The notes below the pieces were generated by a model. That model saw only the letters and a list, made by a program, of their open reading frames with translations, made no database searches and was not told the origin of the DNA. Below are positions 12,106 to 24,506 of a stretch of DNA of 64,000 nucleotides, one piece after another (the stretch's first letter is position 1; each line of letters opens with the position of its first letter). This DNA comes from Planktothrix sp. GU0601_MAG3 (GTDB lineage: Bacteria > Cyanobacteriota > Cyanobacteriia > Cyanobacteriales > Microcoleaceae), in NCBI GenBank assembly GCA_035193785.1, contig CP136572.1, positions 128,001 to 192,000 of the forward strand, in the 5' to 3' direction. A program made the translations under genes and the position numbers.

Positions 12106-12640
12106 TTAAATAATCTTTATGGCTTGTTTCTAAATCTTGAATTGATTTTTGTAAACGTTGTTGAATTTCTTCATCGAATAAAAAACTACCATCCTCTTGA
12201 CGTTGAATTTGTTGATCAACTACATACACCCCATTTAATAAATATTCCGCACCTAATTCTGATAAAACCGGTTTTAGGGTATAATCAATACTTAATAAAT
12301 GGGCAATTGTTCCCCCAGTTGCGATCGGTAAAATCACTTTACCCGATAGAAATTTAGGCGGTAATAAATCTAAAAAAGACTTTAATACCCCGGTATAAGC
12401 TGCTTTATAAACCGGTGTAGCAATAATTAACCCCGATGCGGCTTGAATTAATACTTTTGCCGGTTCTAAAGCCGGACTATCATAGCGTCCCAAGATTAAA
12501 TCTTCTGAAGGCAGATCCCGAACCGAAATTATATCGGTTTCAAACCCCTTTTCAGCCAATAAATTCAGGGCATATTCGACAATTCCATAAGTCCGGGAGG
12601 GATGGGAAGGACTACCGGCGATCGCCACAATTTTTGTCAT
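12106..12640 (-). CDS. ssuE: NADPH-dependent FMN reductase SsuE (stop at 12106 after correcting +1 at 12126-12130)
   Basis: AGSPSHPSRT, ATPVYKAAYTGVLK, ATGGTIAHLL. The corrected end reads LEQAIKII*, giving a typical SsuE length. Confidence 0.85.
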
Positions 12641-12662
12641 TTGAAAAACTCCTAAGTGATAA

Positions 12663-13461
12663 TTAAAAATGTGACCCTGATTCTGCCAATTGCAATCGAT
12701 TTTTAACAGAAGAATTACTATTCAAAACCCGGGCTAAAATTTGTTCAACTAATCGTCCAAAAACAGGATCTCCGCGATGGCGAGGACGAGAAAGGGGAAT
12801 ATCGACATCCATCGTGACTCGTCCTGCTTCTAATAACAAAACTCGATCTGCTAAAACCACCGCTTCTTCCACATCATGGGTAATTAACAAAGTCGTAAAC
12901 TGCTTTTCTAACCACAATTGTTCAATCAAAGATTGCATTTCAATTCGAGTTAAAGCATCTAACGCCCCCAAGGGTTTCATCGAGAAGCAGTAAACGGGGT
13001 TGACTGACTAACGCCCGGGCTAAGGCCACCCGTTGCCGTTGTCCCCCCGACAAAACCGCGATCCAGTCCTGGGATCTATCCGCTAAACCCACCTGTGTCA
13101 GCATTTCTAAGGCTTTGGGCTTCCAGTCCCCCCGCAGTCCTAAACCGACATTTTCCAATACCCGACGCCACAATAAGAGACGGGAATCTTGGAACATGAC
13201 TCTGGCGGAGGGATTTAGTTGATGTAGGGGTTCTCCATCGACTAATACACCCCCAGAAGTGGGACGATCTAACCCAGAAATTAATCGTAATAAGGTACTT
13301 TTTCCGCAGCCACTACGCCCGACAATGGCAACAAATTCTCCGGGTTTAATTTCTAAGTCTAAATGGGATAAAACAGAGGTTTTACCAAAGGATTTACTTA
13401 ATCCTAAAAGTTTCAGATCTGCCCCTCTAATTTCTGTGTTCATGCTGTATATTTCCCTCAT
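12663..13461 (-). CDS. ssuB: Aliphatic sulfonate ABC transporter ATPase (+1 frameshift at 12974-12978)
   Basis: [17 protein letters not shown]; the join restores LLLDEPLGALD. Confidence 0.9.
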
Positions 13462-13465
13462 ATTT

Positions 13466-14245
13466 CTATTGATAACTCGGATGCCATTGCAATAATTTGG
13501 CTTCTAATCCACAGGCGATCGCATCGGCTAATTTTCCGAGTAAGGCGTACATGAGAATACTTAAAACCACAACATCGGTTTGCATAAATTCCCGGGCATT
13601 CATCGCCATGTAACCAATTCCTGAATTAGCGGCAATGGTTTCAGCAACAATCAAGGTTAACCACATAATTCCTAATCCATAGCGCACCCCAACTAAAATT
13701 GAAGGCAAGGCCCCGGGTAGAATGACTTGCCAAAATAAACCCCAAGGACTTAAGCCATAAACTTTTCCCATTTCAATTAATCCCGAATCCACGGTTTTAA
13801 TCCCATGCCAAGTATTAATATAAAGGGGAAAAAATACACCAAAAGAAACTAAAAAAAGTTTAGCTTCTTCCCCAATGCCAAACCAGAGAATTACTAAAGG
13901 AATTAAGGCTAAATGCGGAATATTTCTGACCATTTGCACCGAAGTATCCAGGAGTCGGTCAGCCCGGAGAGAAATACCATTCAGCAAGCCCAAACCGACC
14001 CCGATTATTCCCCCAACAATGAATCCAGCGATCGCCCGTTGGGTACTAATCAAAATATGCTTGAACAATTCACCACTTAAGGTTAATTTAATCGCGGCTT
14101 GTACCACATCGGTCGGGGCGGGTAAAACCCGATTGGATAACCAACCTATTTGAGATAAAAATTGCCAAATCAGCAAGAATCCCACAGGCACAAGCCAAGG
14201 AATAATCGGATGATTCAAAGATTTTTTTAACCCTTTTGTAGCCAT
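13466..14245 (-). CDS. ssuC: Aliphatic sulfonate ABC transporter permease
   Basis: [35 protein letters not shown]; operon context. Confidence 0.92.
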   Translation of the reverse strand: MATKGLKKSLNHPIIPWLVPVGFLLIWQFLSQIGWLSNRVLPAPTDVVQAAIKLTLSGELFKHILISTQRAIAGFIVGGIIGVGLGLLNGISLRADRLLDTSVQMVRNIPHLALIPLVILWFGIGEEAKLFLVSFGVFFPLYINTWHGIKTVDSGLIEMGKVYGLSPWGLFWQVILPGALPSILVGVRYGLGIMWLTLIVAETIAANSGIGYMAMNAREFMQTDVVVLSILMYALLGKLADAIACGLEAKLLQWHPSYQ

Positions 14246-14248
14246 AAT

Positions 14249-15406
14249 TTAGGAAGCCGTAGGAGTAGTAATTTTTTGTGAACTAGGACGGCGCTCATTA
14301 CCAATAATTTCGCCAAAAGGACTCATCATATTAGTCTCTAAAGAAGGAGGTTGATAGTCTAAAGGCAGATGGGGAAATAATAATTCTGCAACCCGATAGG
14401 CTTCTTCTAAATGGGGATAACCGGAGAAAATAAAGGTTTCAATTCCCAATTTTTGATATTCCAACATCCGTTTAACCACGGTATCGGCATCCCCGACTAA
14501 AGCCGTACCCGCCCCGCCCCGGACTAACCCCACACCCGCCCACAAATTCGGGCTAATTTCCAGGGCGGTTTTTGAGCCCCCATGGAGTTCGCTCATCCGT
14601 CGTTGTCCCTCGGAGTCGGTACGAGATAGGGCTTTTTGGGCATCTGCGATCGCCTGATCATCCACATATTCAATCAATTCATTCGCCGCATCCCAAGCTT
14701 GATTTAAGGTACGGCGGACAATGACGTGGAGACGAATGCCAAACTTGAGGGTACGACCTTGGGCTTCCGCTAATTGACGCATCTGGGCAATTTTTGCCGC
14801 TACCTGGGCCGGGGGTTCTCCCCAGGTCAAATACACATCAATTTGTTTGGCCGCGACCTCCATAGCTGCGGGGGATGAACCCCCAAACCACAAGGGCGGA
14901 TGGGGAGTTTGCACGGGCGGAAATAGCAATTTTGCCCCTTGAATATCCAGATATTTCCCCTTAAAATCCACGGTTTCTCCAGCCATTACCCCGCGCCAAA
15001 CCTGGAGAAATTCATCGGTTAACTGATAACGGTCATCATGGGACAAATACAGACCTTCCCCCGCCATTTCCACGGGATCGCCTCCGGTGACGACATTCAC
15101 CAGTAACCGCCCCCCAGAGAGGCGATCAAAGGTGGCGGCCATTCTTGCCACGGTGCTAGGGGTGGTCATCCCGGGACGCAGGGCGACTAAGAATTTCATC
15201 CGTTGGGTCACAGAAATTAGGGACGAGGCCGCAATCCAAGCATCTTCACAGGAGCGTCCCGTGGGAATTAGTGCCCCGGTGTAGCCCAGGTGATCAACGG
15301 CTTGGGCAATTTGTTGTAAATAGTCCAGATTAACGGCTCGTCCGCCATAGCTGGTTCCTAAATAACGTCCGTCTCCGTGAGTGGGAAAAAACCAAAGAAT
15401 TTGCAT
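14249..15406 (-). CDS. ssuD: FMNH2-dependent alkanesulfonate monooxygenase
   Basis: [54 protein letters not shown]. Confidence 0.96.
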   Translation of the reverse strand: MQILWFFPTHGDGRYLGTSYGGRAVNLDYLQQIAQAVDHLGYTGALIPTGRSCEDAWIAASSLISVTQRMKFLVALRPGMTTPSTVARMAATFDRLSGGRLLVNVVTGGDPVEMAGEGLYLSHDDRYQLTDEFLQVWRGVMAGETVDFKGKYLDIQGAKLLFPPVQTPHPPLWFGGSSPAAMEVAAKQIDVYLTWGEPPAQVAAKIAQMRQLAEAQGRTLKFGIRLHVIVRRTLNQAWDAANELIEYVDDQAIADAQKALSRTDSEGQRRMSELHGGSKTALEISPNLWAGVGLVRGGAGTALVGDADTVVKRMLEYQKLGIETFIFSGYPHLEEAYRVAELLFPHLPLDYQPPSLETNMMSPFGEIIGNERRPSSQKITTPTAS

Positions 15407-15474
15407 TTTTTATTCCTAAAATTTTCAATTCCGAGAAACAGTTATCAGTCAGAATAATTAAGACTTGTTAACTG

Positions 15475-15550
15475 GTACAGACGCGCCATGGCACGTCTCT
15501 ACACTATTAACTATTAACTATTAACTGATAACTATTAATTGTTAACTGAT
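15475..15550. repeat. GTAG-type REP-like palindrome followed by short heptamer repeats
   Basis: GTACAGACGCGCCATGGCACGTCTCTAC (15475-15502), then (ACTATTA)n. A related palindrome lies at 37113-37138. Confidence 0.65.
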
Positions 15551-16618
15551 TAGGACAGATTTTTAACCACCGATTGAATACTGATTTCTTTAGGAATGAG
15601 TTTTAATCGGTAAAATGTATCGGCAATTTTTTGCTGACCAGCAATTGTTTCGGGACTCAATGGATCAACACTATAAGCGCGTCGTTTTTCGGCTAATAAC
15701 AAGGAATCAACATCAATTCCCGTTTCTTTAGATAGAAATTCTGCTACTTTTTGGGGGTTATTTTGTGCCCATTGGCTGGTAGTTTTTAGTTCTTCTAATA
15801 TGGCAGTAATTACTGGGGAATTTTGATCAACAAACTTTTGAGATGCCAAGAAAAAGCCTCGGTTTTCCACTAATCCTGTACCATCGGCTAAAATTCTTGC
15901 CCCAATAGCGGTTTCGGCAACGGCTAAATAAGGATCCCAAATCACCCAAGCATCAACACTTCCTTGTTCAAAGGCAGCCCGGGCATCGGCCGGAGGCAGA
16001 AACACCGGAGTAATATCGGTATATTCCAACCCGGCATTTTCTAAGGCTGCTACCAGTAAATAATGCACATTGGAACCTTTATTTAAGGCAACTTTTTTCC
16101 CTTTTAAATCCGCCACACTTTGAATTGTGGAATCCTTGGGAATTAAAATTGCTTCAGCTTTTGGCCCGGTAGGATCATAGGCAATATAAACTAAGGGTGC
16201 ATTCGCTGCTTGCGCAAAAATTGGCGGGGTTTCTCCGGTATAACCAAAGTCAATTTGTCCGACATTTAAACCTTCTAAAATTGCTGGGCCAGCCGAAAAT
16301 TCTGACCATTGAACTGTTATCCCCTGGGGTTGTAAACGTTTTTCTAAAGTTTCCTTGGGATTTTAAGGTGTTGAGGAGGGTAGCGGATTTTTGATAGCCA
16401 ATTCTAACCACTGCACTTGAGGGTGTGGCCGTGTTAGCTGCTACAGGGGTTGGGGTACTAGCAGAATTTCCGCTACTGCAAGCGGCTAAGGCAAAACTTA
16501 AGCACAAACTCCCAGCGAATAAACCCATAAAACGTAGAATAGAACGGCGTTTCATGGCTTTTGAGAAAAGTTGCAGCCATAAAGGAATGTTTAACCGTGC
16601 AGACCATTTAGTGATCAA
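15550..16618 (-). CDS. ssuA: Sulfonate ABC transporter substrate-binding lipoprotein (+1 frameshift at 16349-16353)
   Basis: Lipobox LAAC, VRIGYQKS, KGSNVHYLL, DAWVIWDPY, QQKIADTF. The bridging frame was translated manually and is open. Confidence 0.9.
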
Positions 16619-16722
16619 GATTCTTACCTCTGTACAGAATTCATCATAAATCGATAGGAAAAGCGTACTACGATTTCAATTGAATTTCAATACATTTGTA
16701 AATTAATTTATTTTCAGACGGA

Positions 16723-16814
16723 CAGGACTTACGCAAAACAACCATATCTAGTAGGGGCGAATGGCCATTCGCCCCTACAGATGGTGTATAATTGGGTATT
16801 CTGCGTAAGTCCTG
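16723..16814. mobile_element. 92-bp MITE with 13-bp TIR CAGGACTTACGCA and 5-bp target duplication ACGGA
   Basis: TIRs at 16723-16735 and 16802-16814; ACGGA at 16718-16722 and 16815-16819; internal perfect palindrome GTAGGGGCGAATGGCCATTCGCCCCTAC. Confidence 0.85.
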
Positions 16815-16976
16815 ACGGATTTAGCCACAACTTCCCAACCCCAGATAGCTACCTGGACAGGTCAGGACTTAGGTATCAAACCCAGCAATAGTTATGTTTT
16901 CTGGATGAACTGAATTCAGGGTACAATCAACTCAAAAGCATATCTTTAAATGAAGCGTTAACCTAAACTGTTTATT

Positions 16977-18734
16977 ATGACATCTACAATAGAACTTCTC
17001 AAGATTAAATTTAATCAAGCATTAGTAGCGGCATTTGGTGAAGATTTTGCCACAATTGATCCGATGGTGGTGGCCTCAACCAATCCTAAATTTGGTGATT
17101 ATCAGTGTAATTTGGCGATGTCTTTAACTAAACCGTTAAAAAGTAATCCTCGGGCGATCGCAACTCAAATTATAGACCATTTAATTATTGATGAAATTTG
17201 CGAAACTCCTGAAATTGCTAGCCCTGGTTTTATTAATTTACGTTTAAAAACCGACTATTTACAAATACAGTTACAAAAAATGTTAGGGGATGAACGTTTA
17301 AACATTCCCAAAGTAAACCCTAACCAAAAAATGATTGTAGATTTTTCTAGTCCGAATATTGCTAAAGAAATGCACGTCGGACATCTGCGATCTACAATTA
17401 TTGGAGATAGTATTGCCCGGGTTTTAGAATTTCAAGGACATGAGGTTTTACGTCTCAACCATGTTGGGGACTGGGGAACTCAATTTGGAATGTTAATTAC
17501 CTATTTAAGAGAGGTTTATCCCGAAGCATTAACCACAGCAGATGCTTTGGTTTTAGGGGATTTAGTGGAATTTTATCGTCAAGCTAAGGTTAGATTTGAT
17601 CAGGATGAAACCTTTAAGGAAACCTCCCGCCAAGAAGTTGTGCGGCTACAAGCGGGGGCGGAAGATAGCCGTCGGGCGTGGCAATTATTATGTGAACAAT
17701 CTCGGCGAGAATTTCAGTTAATTTATGATGATTTGGGGATTAAATTAAGCGAAAGAGGAGAATCTTTTTATAATCAATTTTTACCCCAAATTGTTCAAGA
17801 ATTAGATAAAATCGGATTATTAGTTGAAAATCAAGGAGCAAAATGTGTCTTTTTAGAAGGTTTTACCAATAAAGAAGGAGAACCTTTACCCTTAATTGTG
17901 CAGAAATCCGATGGCGGTTATAATTATGCTACAACGGATTTAGCCGCGTTAAGACATCGGATTGAAACCGAGAAAGCTACCCGCATTATTTATGTCACCG
18001 ATGCTGGACAAACCAACCATTTTATGCAGTTTTGGCAAGTAGCAAAACGGGCGGGTTGGATACCAGAAAATGTCGAATTAGTTCATGTTGCTTTTGGAGT
18101 TGTGAAAGGGGAAGATGGCAAAAAATTAAAAACTCGTTCCGGGGAAACCGTGCGTTTAAGAGAATTATTAGATGAGGCGGTCAATTATGCTAAAAAAGAT
18201 TTAGAAACCCGCATCAAAACAGAAGGACGCACGGAAACCCAAGAGTTTATTGATCATGTTGCGGAAGTTGTGGGTTTGAGTGCGGTTAAATATGCAGATT
18301 TAAGCCAAAATCGTACCAGTGATTATATTTTTAGTTTTGATAAAATGTTATCATTACAGGGAAATACGGCTCCCTATATGCTCTATGCCTATGTCAGAAT
18401 TCAAGGAATTAGTCGTAAGGGAAATATTGATTGGCAAAAGTTAGAAACGGATATTCAACTGGTTTTAGAAGCAGATGAAGAAATAGTTTTAGCCAAACAT
18501 CTGTTACAATTGCAGGCAATTTTAGAGGAAGTTGCTCAAGATTTATTTCCTAACCGTTTATGTCAATATTTATTTGAATTAAGCCAAAAATTCAATCAAT
18601 TTTATGAACAATGTGCCGTTGTCAAAGCCGAAGAACCTCAACGGACTTCCCGTTTGGCATTATGTGATTTAACTGCAAAAACCTTAAAATTAGGGTTATC
18701 TTTGTTAGGAATTTCTGTCTTAGAACGAATGTAA
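16977..18734 (+). CDS. argS: Arginine--tRNA ligase
   Basis: [49 protein letters not shown]-terminal ERM. Confidence 0.98.
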   Translation: MTSTIELLKIKFNQALVAAFGEDFATIDPMVVASTNPKFGDYQCNLAMSLTKPLKSNPRAIATQIIDHLIIDEICETPEIASPGFINLRLKTDYLQIQLQKMLGDERLNIPKVNPNQKMIVDFSSPNIAKEMHVGHLRSTIIGDSIARVLEFQGHEVLRLNHVGDWGTQFGMLITYLREVYPEALTTADALVLGDLVEFYRQAKVRFDQDETFKETSRQEVVRLQAGAEDSRRAWQLLCEQSRREFQLIYDDLGIKLSERGESFYNQFLPQIVQELDKIGLLVENQGAKCVFLEGFTNKEGEPLPLIVQKSDGGYNYATTDLAALRHRIETEKATRIIYVTDAGQTNHFMQFWQVAKRAGWIPENVELVHVAFGVVKGEDGKKLKTRSGETVRLRELLDEAVNYAKKDLETRIKTEGRTETQEFIDHVAEVVGLSAVKYADLSQNRTSDYIFSFDKMLSLQGNTAPYMLYAYVRIQGISRKGNIDWQKLETDIQLVLEADEEIVLAKHLLQLQAILEEVAQDLFPNRLCQYLFELSQKFNQFYEQCAVVKAEEPQRTSRLALCDLTAKTLKLGLSLLGISVLERM

Positions 18735-18735
18735 T

Positions 18736-18816
18736 ATGGGTAATGGGTAATGGGTAATGGGTAATGGGTAATGGGTAATGGGTAATGGGTAATGGGTAAT
18801 GGGTAATGGGTAATGG
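18736..18816 (+). repeat. Heptamer tandem repeat (TAATGGG)n, about 11 copies
   Basis: Read directly from the sequence. Confidence 0.95.
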
Positions 18817-18827
18817 CAAGAGTTTAC

Positions 18828-19166
18828 CTCCCCTGCTCCCTCTGCTCCCCTGCTCCCTCTGCTCCCCTGCTCCCCCTGCTCCCTCTGCTCCCCTGCTCCC
18901 CCTGCTCCCTCTGCTCCCCTGCTCCCCTGCTCCCCCTGCTCCCTCTGCTCCCCCTGCTCCCTCTGCTCCCCTGCTCCCCCTGCTCCCTCTGCTCCCCTGC
19001 TCCCTCCGCTCCCCCTGCTCCCTCCGCTCCCCCTGCTCCCTCCGCTCCCCCTGCTCCCTCCGCTCCCCCTGCTCCCTCTGCTCCCCCTGCTCCCCCTGCT
19101 CCCCCTGCTCCCTCTGCTCCCCCTGCTCCCCCTGCTCCCCCTGCTCCCCCTGCTCCCCCTGCCTCC
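18828..19166 (+). repeat. C-rich 8/9-mer tandem array (CCCCTGCTC / CCTCTGCTC variants)
   Basis: Read directly; about 340 bp between convergent genes. Confidence 0.95.
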
Positions 19167-19671
19167 CTACTCCGGGGTTAATGTTAAAATAATATCTGTG
19201 GAATCTGGAAATTTCTGGAGTAGTTCATCTCGATTTGCTAATTGAAATTCAGCAAAATCAAACCCGGGTGCAACAGTGCAACCGACAAAACTATAGGAAC
19301 TTTCAGAATTGGGATAACCCCCAAACCACCATCCCGCAGGAACCACAAACTGTACTTGTTCTCCTGCTAAAATATCAGAACCCAGAATAATTTTCTGCAC
19401 GCCATAATCTTCGTGAATTAAAATTAAAGTCATGGAAACCCCCTAAATAAAAATGCCACATTTCATCGGATTGAATTCGATGTAAACAGGATTTTGTTCC
19501 CTGGGGTAATAGAAAATAAATTCCTGTACAATAGTTGCGATCGCCTTTAAAATTACCAGGTAAAGCACTGTGGGGAATTACCCCATCTGAACGATAGGTT
19601 TCTCGAAAATAACCGCCTTCAGGATGGGGAATAAGCTGATATTTTTCAATTAATTCTTCTACAGTCATCAT
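19167..19671 (-). CDS. Cupin superfamily protein (DUF985 / Cupin_5; +1 frameshift at 19435-19439)
   Basis: [42 protein letters not shown]. Confidence 0.9.
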
Positions 19672-19758
19672 AAATTAAAGATCACAGCGAATAGAAAAAT
19701 TTTACATTTAGGACAGCCATATACACTGTCGCTAAAAGTTAGTTAATTTGTTATGAAA

Positions 19759-21258
19759 CTAGAAAGACCAACCTAATCCTAAACGCATTCCTTGTGAAGT
19801 CGTTTTAACAGTTGAGGTTCCAAAGTCTCCTTCTTTTGTAACTTTTAATTGATATAAACGATAGCCGGCGGATAAAGTTAAATCACGAGAAACTTGCCAA
19901 TCTAAACCGATGAGTAGATCCCAATTGACGGGAGCTTCACTTCCTCCGGTAATTGCAGTTCCCCCCCTTGTGGTAATCGCTAAATTATCAGCTAAATTGA
20001 GTTTAATTTGTGCTCCTAATGACGGATCAAACCAATCCGGTCGATAGTTAATATCTGGGCCAGGATCAAAACCAAAATCCGTATTCAGATAGCCAAAACG
20101 AGCACCACCATAAACTTCAAAATCAAGGGAAGGATAGACAGAATTAGGTTTTGAGGAATCTTTAACCGAGGTGAGAGGTAGGGTTCCTAAATGCCATGCG
20201 AGGGAGATTTCTGATGTTAATAATTCCGTATTAAAATCAATATCAATTTGTGAACCCTTCTCCGTCAAACCCAATTCAGTATAGACTCCCTGAAAGATTA
20301 ATCCGATATCCCCATTCCACGCTTCTAAACGAGTTCCTAACTCTAAAATTTTATCGAAATCCAGAATTTTTCCTAACCCTATATTAAAATCAACTTCAAT
20401 GGGAACTTGACCCGGAGGAACTCGATTGACAATTGTTTGTACCCCTTCTCGCACCTGAGTTTCTAAGCGTGCTGTTAGGTTTTGTCCCCGTTGTTGTAAA
20501 CGTTCTCGCACCTCTTGAGTAACGCGATCTTCTAATCGAGTATTACTCCGATCAAAAGGCAACCTTTCCAAAACACGATCAACAGCTTGTTCAATTAAAT
20601 CTTTCGGTAATTGATTTAAGATCCGATTAGTAATTTCCGCCGTAATTAAGTCTACTAAAACAACTCGATTAACGCTGGCTCCTTCTCCAACAATGGCATA
20701 ACCATCAATACTAAAAGGAACAAATAGCATGGGTTCAACTTTAAATCTCCATCCGTTGTCAGACTGAGTTTGTTCAGTTTCAGGAGTTGAATCTTCGGAT
20801 TTTTCAGCCGAGACTTCATTAACAATTTGATCAAAATTAATGGGATTTTGACTAAGTGTATTTTCCTTTAAATTAGACCAACTTGGAATAGGATTTCCTG
20901 ATAAAATTCCATGATTTTCTCTTGGTTGATCCAGTTGTAAATCTGCCGCATTACTGCTAGAATTTAAAAGGGTTGAATTCAGGTGAGAGAGTTTGAAATC
21001 CTCCGCATTGTGTACCGTTAATTGTTCTGAAGTTGGAAAAGCGGCGATCGCAATTTTTTCAACGGAAATGGGGTCTAACTCAACGGACAATTGATCGACG
21101 GAAAAATGCAAATCAGAATCAATCAAAAACTGATGCTGATCTTCTGAAAAAACAGAGGATAGGTTTTGATCAGAATCCAGATTAACAGAACTCGCCCAAG
21201 CGGGGGTAATAACTAGAAAAGTTAATAAACTGAAACAGGCAGTTAAAGCTGATTTCAT
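19759..21258 (-). CDS. Putative outer-membrane beta-barrel protein
   Basis: Signal-peptide-like N-terminus (..TPAWA), amphipathic beta-strands, C-terminal LGWSF. Confidence 0.6.
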   Translation of the reverse strand: MKSALTACFSLLTFLVITPAWASSVNLDSDQNLSSVFSEDQHQFLIDSDLHFSVDQLSVELDPISVEKIAIAAFPTSEQLTVHNAEDFKLSHLNSTLLNSSSNAADLQLDQPRENHGILSGNPIPSWSNLKENTLSQNPINFDQIVNEVSAEKSEDSTPETEQTQSDNGWRFKVEPMLFVPFSIDGYAIVGEGASVNRVVLVDLITAEITNRILNQLPKDLIEQAVDRVLERLPFDRSNTRLEDRVTQEVRERLQQRGQNLTARLETQVREGVQTIVNRVPPGQVPIEVDFNIGLGKILDFDKILELGTRLEAWNGDIGLIFQGVYTELGLTEKGSQIDIDFNTELLTSEISLAWHLGTLPLTSVKDSSKPNSVYPSLDFEVYGGARFGYLNTDFGFDPGPDINYRPDWFDPSLGAQIKLNLADNLAITTRGGTAITGGSEAPVNWDLLIGLDWQVSRDLTLSAGYRLYQLKVTKEGDFGTSTVKTTSQGMRLGLGWSF

Positions 21259-21297
21259 TCGGTAGTTTCTACGGGTTTAAAGGTTTTTTAAAATCTA

Positions 21298-21736
21298 TTA
21301 AAAACTGAGGGATTTAACAATTACCCCAATAAAACTCACCAATCCAATCACAAATAAAGCAACCCCGATAATTTCTGTACTGTAAGATGCTTGATAAGTA
21401 TAACGCTCACTTTGAATTTGTTGAAGGAACCGACGATGTTCCCTCAATCCTAAAGCCATTCCTAACATTCCCGTCCCAATAAAAGACAATCCAACAATAA
21501 CAGAAAATCGAACAGGGTCAAGCTTAGAAATGGGGTGAGTTTGTTCAATAGTTTCTGACGATAGTAGGAATACCAAAGCCAAAACCAATTAACGACAGAG
21601 AAGTTCTGATCCAAGCCATTAAAGTCCGATCAGCGGCGGCGCGACTGCGGTATTTAGCAAGTTCAGTCCGATCTTCAGCTAAATCATTTGTGGAAGGTTG
21701 TTTAGGCGGATCTGTATTGATAGGCGATTGATTCAT
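21298..21736 (-). CDS. DUF202/YidH-family inner membrane protein (+1 frameshift at 21551-21555)
   Basis: AADRTLMAWIRTSLSLIGFGF signature plus TM helices. Confidence 0.85.
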
Positions 21737-21978
21737 AATGGGTTAGTTTATCTGGGGTAATGTCGCTTATGAACACTGAATTTTTATGAAAAATCTCAAT
21801 TTTCCACAAACATCTCAGGGGACAGCATTGAAATTACCAATGAGAAATCTAATATACATCAAAGTTAATTTAAAAACAAAAAATTTTAATTAAATTTCAA
21901 TTAAACTAGAATAACAAAGCAGAATGCTTTTTTGAGATGGCAAGCAATTGACACAAATTTGGAAGGGCTAAATTAGCT

Positions 21979-24349
21979 ATGACACAAAGCGATCGCATTC
22001 AACGCCAAATTTTACCCATACCCGATCAAACTAACTTCGGACTCACCACCTACGACGCCAAAAATCCCGATACCCACTATCCCCCCATTCGGGATTTACG
22101 CCCACCAGCAGGTGCGCCCAATGTATTGATTGTGCTGCTCGATGATGTCGGTTTTGGTGCTTCCAGTGCCTTTGGTGGCCCCTGCGCCACCCCCGCCTTC
22201 GAGAAACTCGCCTCCCAAGGGATTAAATACAACCGTTTTCACACCACCGCCCTCTGCGCTCCCACCCGTCAGGCATTACTCACCGGACGTAACCATCACT
22301 CCGTCGGTATGGGCAACATCACCGAAACCGCCACAGCAGCCCCGGGTCAATGCTCCGTGCGTCCCAACACCAAAGCACCCCTAGCCTTGACCCTGAAATT
22401 GAATGGTTACTCAACCTCGATGTTTGGCAAGTGTCATGAAGTCCCGGTCTGGCAAGCCTCACCCATGGGGCCCTTTGACGCTTGGCCCACGGGTGGGGGT
22501 GGGTTTGAATATTTCTACGGCTTCATTGGAGGCGAAAACAATCAGTGGGATCCAGCCTTGTACGAAGGTACGACTCCGATTGAACCTCCGGCTACCCCGG
22601 AAGAAGGCTATCACTTAACCGAAGACCTGGCAGATAAAGCGATTACTTGGGTGAGTCAGCAAAAAGCCCTGATGCCCGATAAGCCCTTCTTCATGTACTT
22701 TGCCCCCGGTGCGACCCACGCTCCCCACCATGTCCCCAAGGAATGGATCGAGAAGTACAAAGGCAAATTCGCCCACGGCTGGGATCGGCAACGGGAAATC
22801 ACCTTTGCCAAACAGAAGGAAACTGGGGGTAATTTCCCCCGATGCCGTGCTAACACCCCGCCATGCCGAGATTCCCGCCTGGGATGACATGGACTCCCAA
22901 CTCAAACCCGTGTTGGAACGCCAAATGGAGGTGTATGCCGCATTTTTAGAACACACCGACTATCACGTTGGCCGGCTGATCCAGAGTTTAGAGGATTTGG
23001 AGATTCTGGATGATACCCTCGTCTATGTGATTGTTGGCGATAATGGGGCTTCTGCTGAAGGTACGATTCACGGTGCCTTCAACGAGATGGCGAACTTCAA
23101 CGGCATGGCCGCCTTAGAAACCCCCGAATTCATGCTATCGAAATTAGATGATTTTGGTTCCCCCGACTCCTACAACCATTTTGGCGTGGGTTGGGCCTGG
23201 GCCATGGATACCCCCTATCAGTGGACGAAACAGGTCGCTTCTCACTGGGGCGGTACTCGCAACGGGACAATTGTTCGCTATCCCAAGGCCATTCAGGAAA
23301 AAGGCGGCCTTCGCAACCAGTTCACCCATGTCATTGATGTGGCTCCGACGGTGCTGGAAATCGCAGGTATTCCCGAACCCACAATGGTTAATGGCGTGTT
23401 GCAAAGCCCCTACGAAGGCACAAGCATGGCCTACAGTTTCAACGATGCCCAAGCCCCTGAACGCCATGATGTGCAGTATTTTGAGATGTTTGGCAACCGA
23501 GGCATCTACTACAAAGGTTGGAGTGCGATTACCAAACACCGCACCCCCTGGGTTATGGTGGGACAAAAGATGGTACCTTTTGACGAAGATGTTTGGGAAC
23601 TGTACGACGGCAGTAAGGACTGGACACAAGCCCATGATCTCTCTCAGGAGATGCCCCAGAAATTGTTTGAATTGCAGCGTCAATTTTTGATCGAAGCGGT
23701 GAAGTATAACGTTTTACCACTGGATGATCGGCAGACTGAACGAATTGATCCAACGACGGCGGGGCGACCTTCTCTGATCAAGGGTGACTCGCAAATCTTC
23801 TTTGCGGGTATGGGTCGTTTGTCAGAAAATAGCGTGATCAGTATGAAAAATAAGTCCTTCTCCATCACCGCCGAGATTGAGGTGAAAGACAAACCCGCCA
23901 ATGGAGTAATTATTGCTCAGGGGGGCAAGTTCGGGGGCTGGAGCGTCTACGCCAAGGATGGCAAACTCAAGTTTACCTACAATGTACTCGGCATCCATGA
24001 ATTTCCCACTGAAGCCACAACCCCGATTCCAGAAGGGAAACACCAAGTAAGGATGGAGTTTGCCTACGATGGCGGTGGTCTGGGTAAAGGTGGCAATGTC
24101 ACCCTCTACTATGATGGTCAGCCTGCGGGTAGCGGACGAGTTGAGGCAACCCAGCCGATGATTTTCTCGGCAGATGAAACCACCGACATCGGTTATGAAT
24201 CGGGTACTCCCGTCAGTCCTGATTACAACACCCATAGCAGCAAATTCACGGGCAAAATTCACTGGGTGCAACTGGATGTGGGCAAGGATGACCACGACCA
24301 CTTCATCTCCCCTGAAGAACGTCTGAGGGTGGCAATGGCGCGACAGTAG
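21979..24349 (+). CDS. Arylsulfatase, Cys-type (+1 frameshift at 22819-22823)
   Basis: PNVLIVLLDDVG, CAPTRQALLTGR (CxPxR), GKCH, HAPHH, GDNGAS. Confidence 0.92.
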
Positions 24350-24506
24350 GCATACCCTAAGTCAGCGAACAACTCCTCAATATCTCCATTGAAAGTTGCT
24401 GCAAAAAGCATTCTTTTGTGAAACAAGAATCCCCCGTCACAACCTAAGTTTGACGGGGGAATGTCAACAATTGTTCACTCCAACACCAATTTCAAGTTCA
24501 ACTGAT

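Noticed and set aside
18622..19192. Pro/Cys-rich ORFs 18622..18819, 18806..19192 and 18813..19181
   Set aside because: They are translations of simple tandem repeats that are open in several frames.
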